Assembly: GCA_035491815.1 (NCBI GenBank)
Contig: DATJKA010000047.1
Coordinates: 91,520-155,519, forward strand
Direction: 5' to 3'
Length of the DNA: 64,000 bases
From: Gemmatimonadales bacterium
GTDB taxonomy: Bacteria; Gemmatimonadota; Gemmatimonadetes; Gemmatimonadales; GWC2-71-9
In this document: positions 60,506 through 64,000 of the stretch, in pieces
Layout of the letters: each line of letters starts with the position of its first letter
How positions within the stretch are numbered: position 1 is the first letter of the stretch
Notes under the pieces: generated by a model
What the model was told of the DNA's origin: nothing
Seen by the model: only the letters and a program-made list of their open reading frames with translations
Database searches by the model: none
Made by a program: the position numbers and the translations under genes

Positions 60506-61350
60506 CGGCTGGGGCCGGGAGCTCGCGCGGTGAGTCCCTGCGCGCCGAGCCAGTTGTAGAAGTCGTCGATCCAGTGATCGCTGCTCGTCCCCTGTTTGCG
60601 CAATCCGAAGCCGTGCCCGCCCGCGCTGTAGATGTGCACCTCCGGCTTCTGCCCGGCTTTGCTCAGCGCGTCGTTAAACCGCACCATGAAGCTCAGCACC
60701 TGCGGGTCGTCCTGCGCCCACACAAGAAATAGCGGTGGCAGTTTGGCGGGGATCGCCGGCATGCGACCGAGCGGCGCGCCATAGATCATTGCGGCGAAAT
60801 TCGGACGGGCCGCCGAGTCGGCCTGGAGCACTGTTCCGCTCGCCACCATGCCGCCGGCGGAGAAGCCCAGAAACCCGATCCGATCGGGGGCGACGCCCCA
60901 CTCCGCCGCGTGTTGACGTACGACCCTTAGCGCTTGAATGCCGTCGGCGATGCCGTAGCGGCCCGCCGTATCGAAATCCATCTGCGGAATGCCTTGGCTG
61001 CGCTTCTCGACGACCCGGTATTTCAGCAAGAACGCCGCGATGCCGTGTTGCTGCAGCCACTGCGCGACCGGAACGCCCTCGAGATCCCAGGCCAGCGCGA
61101 CGAACGCGCCGCCCGGGGCGACGATGACGCCCGTACCGGTCGCCTTGGCGCGGTCGGGGAGGTAGGCCGTGATCGTCGGCGTGACGACATCCATGAGCAC
61201 TGTGCCGAGCGGCGTGTTCTCAATCTTGAGCTCTTGCTGGGTCCAATGCTCCGAGCCGGGCGCGACACCAGGCCAGAGGTTCAGCGTTTGCGCCTGCACG
61301 ACGAACGGCAGGCACGCGAGCGCGAGGACAACGAGCGGTTTCGTAGCCAT
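60502..61350 (-). CDS. Secreted alpha/beta hydrolase (esterase/lipase-like)
   Basis: Trimmed to ATG 61350. Signal peptide MATKPLVVLALACLPFVVQAQ. Nucleophile elbow GFSAGG. C-terminal GGHGFG. Confidence 0.8.
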   Translation of the reverse strand: MATKPLVVLALACLPFVVQAQTLNLWPGVAPGSEHWTQQELKIENTPLGTVLMDVVTPTITAYLPDRAKATGTGVIVAPGGAFVALAWDLEGVPVAQWLQQHGIAAFLLKYRVVEKRSQGIPQMDFDTAGRYGIADGIQALRVVRQHAAEWGVAPDRIGFLGFSAGGMVASGTVLQADSAARPNFAAMIYGAPLGRMPAIPAKLPPLFLVWAQDDPQVLSFMVRFNDALSKAGQKPEVHIYSAGGHGFGLRKQGTSSDHWIDDFYNWLGAQGLTARAPGPSR

Positions 61351-61354
61351 TCTC

Positions 61355-63421
61355 TCAAGGTAGCGCATATGCGATATACGTATCGCTGGAAGCGGACCCC
61401 AATTTTCCACCGCCCGCCGCGATCACGACGTACTGCTTGCCGCCGACCGCATAGGTGCATGGCGTCGCGTAGCCGGGCGCGGGCAGCGTCGCCTCCCAGA
61501 GCAACCGGCCGGTGCGGTTGTCGAACGCGCGAAACTTGCCGTCCATCGTGGCCGCGATGAACACCAGCCCGCCGGCCGTGACGATCGGACCGCCGTACTG
61601 CTCGGTGCCGGTTGGCGATCCACGGCCGCCTTTCACCGCCGGATGCTGGCCGAGCGGGATGCGCCAGCGGTATTCACCGGTGTTCAAATCGATGGCGCTG
61701 AGCGTTCCCCACGGGGGCCGAATCGCCGGCAAGTCGCTGGAGTCACGCCAGCGCTCATAGCCGACGAATTCGTACGGCGACAGCGAAGGCGACGGCGGCG
61801 CTGGCGGCGGTGACGCCGTATCAGGCAACGGCGGCAACGAAAACCCCAGGAACTGAATCACCGCGCGCTTCTCGGCCTCGGGCAATCCCGCGAACGACGG
61901 CATGAAGCCGCGACCGCGCTCGATGATTTGCCGGACGTCGTCGGCGGACAGTCGCGCCGGCAGATCGATCAGCGGCAACGCGCGACCGTGGCCCTGGCGC
62001 TCGGCGCCGTGGCAACGCGCGCACACCGCGGCGTACACCGCCGGTCCTTTGCGCGGCAGACCGGTACGCGGTCCCAACTGCGCCGCTGCGCGCATCGCCG
62101 CGATCCAGGGCACGTCGCTCGCATTGACGTATAACACGCCCGCCGTGTCCACGGCCGCACCGCCCCATTCGCCGCCGCCGTCGAACCCCGGCAACACGAT
62201 GCTGCCTTCGGCACTCGGCGGCTGGAAGAACCCGCCGCGTCTGAGGGTCTGGAATCGCTTGCGATCGACCACGTCGGAATCGCTCATCACCTGCCGCGCG
62301 AACGGCGCCGGCTTGACCGGGAATGGCTGCGTGGCCCATGCCTGCTCGCCGCGTAGATCGGAGGCGGGCACGGCGCGCTCCTCGATGGGAAAGATCGGCG
62401 TGCCGCTCGCGCGGTCGAACACGAATACGAAACCACTCTTCGCGATCTGCGCCACGGCGTCGATGCGGCGGCCGCCCTGCGCGAGCGTCACGAGGTTCGG
62501 CGCCGCCGGGAGGTCGCGGTCCCAGAGATCGTGGTGAACGGTCTGGAAGTGCCAGAGGCGCTTCCCGGTCGCGGCGTCGAGCGCGAGCAACGAGTTCGCG
62601 AACAGGTTAGCGCCGATCCGGGCGCCGCCGTAGAAATCGGGGGTGGCCGAGCCGGTCGGGATGTAGACGATGCCGCGCGTGACGTCGACCGACATCCCCG
62701 GCCACGAGTTCGCGCCGCCGGCCGTCTGCCAGGCGTCCGCGGGCCAGCTGTCGTAGCCGAGCTCGCCTGGATGCGGAATCGTGTGGAACGTCCAGCGGAT
62801 AGCACCGGTGCGGACGTCATACGCCCGCACGTCGCCCGGCGCGGAGCCCTCTCCTTCTCCGACGCGCGTCCCCTGGATCAGCAAGTCCTTATAGATGATG
62901 CCTGGGCTGGTTGCGACGAGATACGCATCGCCGACGGCACGCGACAGTCCGTCGCCGAGATCCACGGAGCCGGAATCACCGAACGAGAGAATCGGCCGTC
63001 CGGTCGTCGCGGCGAGCGCGTAGAGCCGCCGGCCGGCGGTAAAGAAGATCCGCGCGCTCCGGCCACTGCCCCAATACACGACGCCCCGGTTGACGTGACG
63101 ATCCTGGAGGTGCGGATCGAAGCGCCAGAGCAGCGTCCCGCGGTCGGCGTGCAGCGCGACGACGGCCAGCGCCGGCGTCGTCGTGTAGAGCGTGCCGTTC
63201 ACGACGATCGGCGTGGCTTGGATTTCCCCGTGTCGGTCGGCCGGAAGATCGCCGCTGTGAAAGATCCAGGCGACCTGCAGCCGGGCGACGTTACTGGTGT
63301 CGATTTGCGTGAGCGCGGAGTAGCGGGAGTTGCCGGGATCGCCGCCGGTCACGCGCCAGTCGGCGGCGGGCGCCACGCCGCTGCTGCACGCGGCGAGGAG
63401 CAACAGCCAGGCGAATCTCAC
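61355..63421 (-). CDS. PQQ-dependent dehydrogenase-like beta-propeller lipoprotein with an inserted c-type cytochrome domain
   Basis: Trimmed to GTG 63421, which overlaps the upstream TGA (GTGA). Lipobox LLLLAACSS. PQQ-propeller pattern (WRVTGGDPGNSRYS..., repeated W-containing blades). Heme motif CARCHG within a cytochrome-c-like segment of about 80 aa. Confidence 0.72.
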   Translation of the reverse strand: MRFAWLLLLAACSSGVAPAADWRVTGGDPGNSRYSALTQIDTSNVARLQVAWIFHSGDLPADRHGEIQATPIVVNGTLYTTTPALAVVALHADRGTLLWRFDPHLQDRHVNRGVVYWGSGRSARIFFTAGRRLYALAATTGRPILSFGDSGSVDLGDGLSRAVGDAYLVATSPGIIYKDLLIQGTRVGEGEGSAPGDVRAYDVRTGAIRWTFHTIPHPGELGYDSWPADAWQTAGGANSWPGMSVDVTRGIVYIPTGSATPDFYGGARIGANLFANSLLALDAATGKRLWHFQTVHHDLWDRDLPAAPNLVTLAQGGRRIDAVAQIAKSGFVFVFDRASGTPIFPIEERAVPASDLRGEQAWATQPFPVKPAPFARQVMSDSDVVDRKRFQTLRRGGFFQPPSAEGSIVLPGFDGGGEWGGAAVDTAGVLYVNASDVPWIAAMRAAAQLGPRTGLPRKGPAVYAAVCARCHGAERQGHGRALPLIDLPARLSADDVRQIIERGRGFMPSFAGLPEAEKRAVIQFLGFSLPPLPDTASPPPAPPSPSLSPYEFVGYERWRDSSDLPAIRPPWGTLSAIDLNTGEYRWRIPLGQHPAVKGGRGSPTGTEQYGGPIVTAGGLVFIAATMDGKFRAFDNRTGRLLWEATLPAPGYATPCTYAVGGKQYVVIAAGGGKLGSASSDTYIAYALP

Positions 63422-64000
63422 CGCGCCGCTGGGGAAACGGCGACGGCGACGCGCGAATCCGCGGTGCCGTAGTAGAGGAACCATCGCCCCTGAAAATGCA
63501 CCAAGCCTTCGACGAACGTGGTTCCCTGGACGTACTGGCCGGTCCGCTCGTAGCGCTCCGTGGGACGCATGAACGGCGTCTTCGCGCGCGCGATCAGCCT
63601 CGTTGGATGCTCGGCATCGAACAGAGCTTGTCCGGCGCTGTAGACGTGCGCGCTGTCGCCGGCATTGTAGAGCACGAGGATACCGGCCGCGGTCAGTAGC
63701 GCAGGCGGACCGCCCTCGACCAGCCAGCCGTCGAAACGACCGGGACGCGGGGACAGCACCTTCACCGCTTCACCGGCGGAGTCCTCCACCGGCGTCCAGT
63801 CGATGAGATTGTCGGACGTCGCGATCCGGATGTCGGGGACGCCGTAATACATCCAGTACGTTCCATTGACGCGCGTCGCGATGAGGCGGTCGCCCTCGCG
63901 GCGCGTGAGAATCGCGCCCGATTTCGACTCATGGCGCAGGTACTTCCCTCCCGCGGCGTGCGCGAACGCCGGCCCATGCTTCACCCACGTAACGAGATCG
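63418..64000 (-). CDS. Glycoside hydrolase family 130-like (beta-mannoside phosphorylase/hydrolase fold), C-terminal part; 5' end outside window
   Basis: The frame stays open to the window edge. The C-terminal FLYYGTADSRVAVA and five-bladed-propeller-like pattern resemble GH130/DUF377; this is from memory only. Confidence 0.55.
   Translation of the reverse strand, partial: DLVTWVKHGPAFAHAAGGKYLRHESKSGAILTRREGDRLIATRVNGTYWMYYGVPDIRIATSDNLIDWTPVEDSAGEAVKVLSPRPGRFDGWLVEGGPPALLTAAGILVLYNAGDSAHVYSAGQALFDAEHPTRLIARAKTPFMRPTERYERTGQYVQGTTFVEGLVHFQGRWFLYYGTADSRVAVAVSPAAR

Overview
This is a dense, visibly GC-rich bacterial chromosomal window (G+C not computed). No rRNA, CRISPR array, transposase, integrase or phage structural gene was recognised. 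I call about 65 CDSs, one tRNA-Asn(GTT) and one probable SRP (4.5S-type) RNA. Gene content suggests a Gemmatimonadota/Acidobacteriota-like diderm; this is inference only. The supporting genes are arrays of FtsX/MacB-type permeases, a GWxTD protein, a BshB1-like deacetylase, mglBA, and many lipoproteins and PEGA/TonB-C/TolB-type envelope domains.

Layout:
- 2-6599: six tandem FtsX-type permease genes in an alternating A/B pattern.
- 6.6-9.6 kb: bshB1-like gene, cysteine desulfurase and mnmA.
- 9.7-16.4 kb: small envelope and PLP-enzyme genes chained by 1-8 nt overlaps.
- 16.4-18.5 kb: lspA, DUF4112, an OmpA-like lipoprotein and tRNA-Asn.
- 19.6-21.3 kb: grpE-dnaJ without dnaK.
- 22.0-28.7 kb: one tight minus-strand block, ffs-dnaX-ybaB-recR-mglB-mglA-pgsA-cinA-hydrolase.
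- 28.7-37.3 kb: a second tight minus-strand block, pyk-MBL-fba-ytxH-yihY-ltaE, then a membrane-anchored JAMM/MPN+ protein and a secreted Ig-like protein.
- 37.4-41.9 kb: marR with an AT-rich operator, two paralogous uncharacterised zinc-ribbon proteins flanking a MOSC-like gene, and class II RNR nrdJ.
- 42.0-58.7 kb: a large divergent envelope and Ser/Thr-phosphosignalling locus. It holds two Hanks kinases, PP2C, two FHA proteins (one fused to a trypsin-like protease), a 14-repeat RCC1 lipoprotein, a GWxTD protein, a peptidase/TolB/OM-barrel fusion and an amidase.
- 58.7-64.0 kb: lipoproteins, an esterase, a PQQ dehydrogenase with a cytochrome c insert, and a partial GH130-like gene.

The candidates I rank highest for novelty are the transmembrane JAMM protein, the zinc-ribbon paralog pair next to nrdJ, the insert-bearing mglA in a replication/recombination operon, and the alternating permease array.

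Many long ORFs in the supplied track are GC-driven artefacts: antisense frames, out-of-frame frames, or N-terminal over-extensions. I trimmed starts using stop/start overlaps (ATGA, GTGA, TTGA), signal peptides and family lengths. All family assignments come from motif recognition by eye, not from searches.
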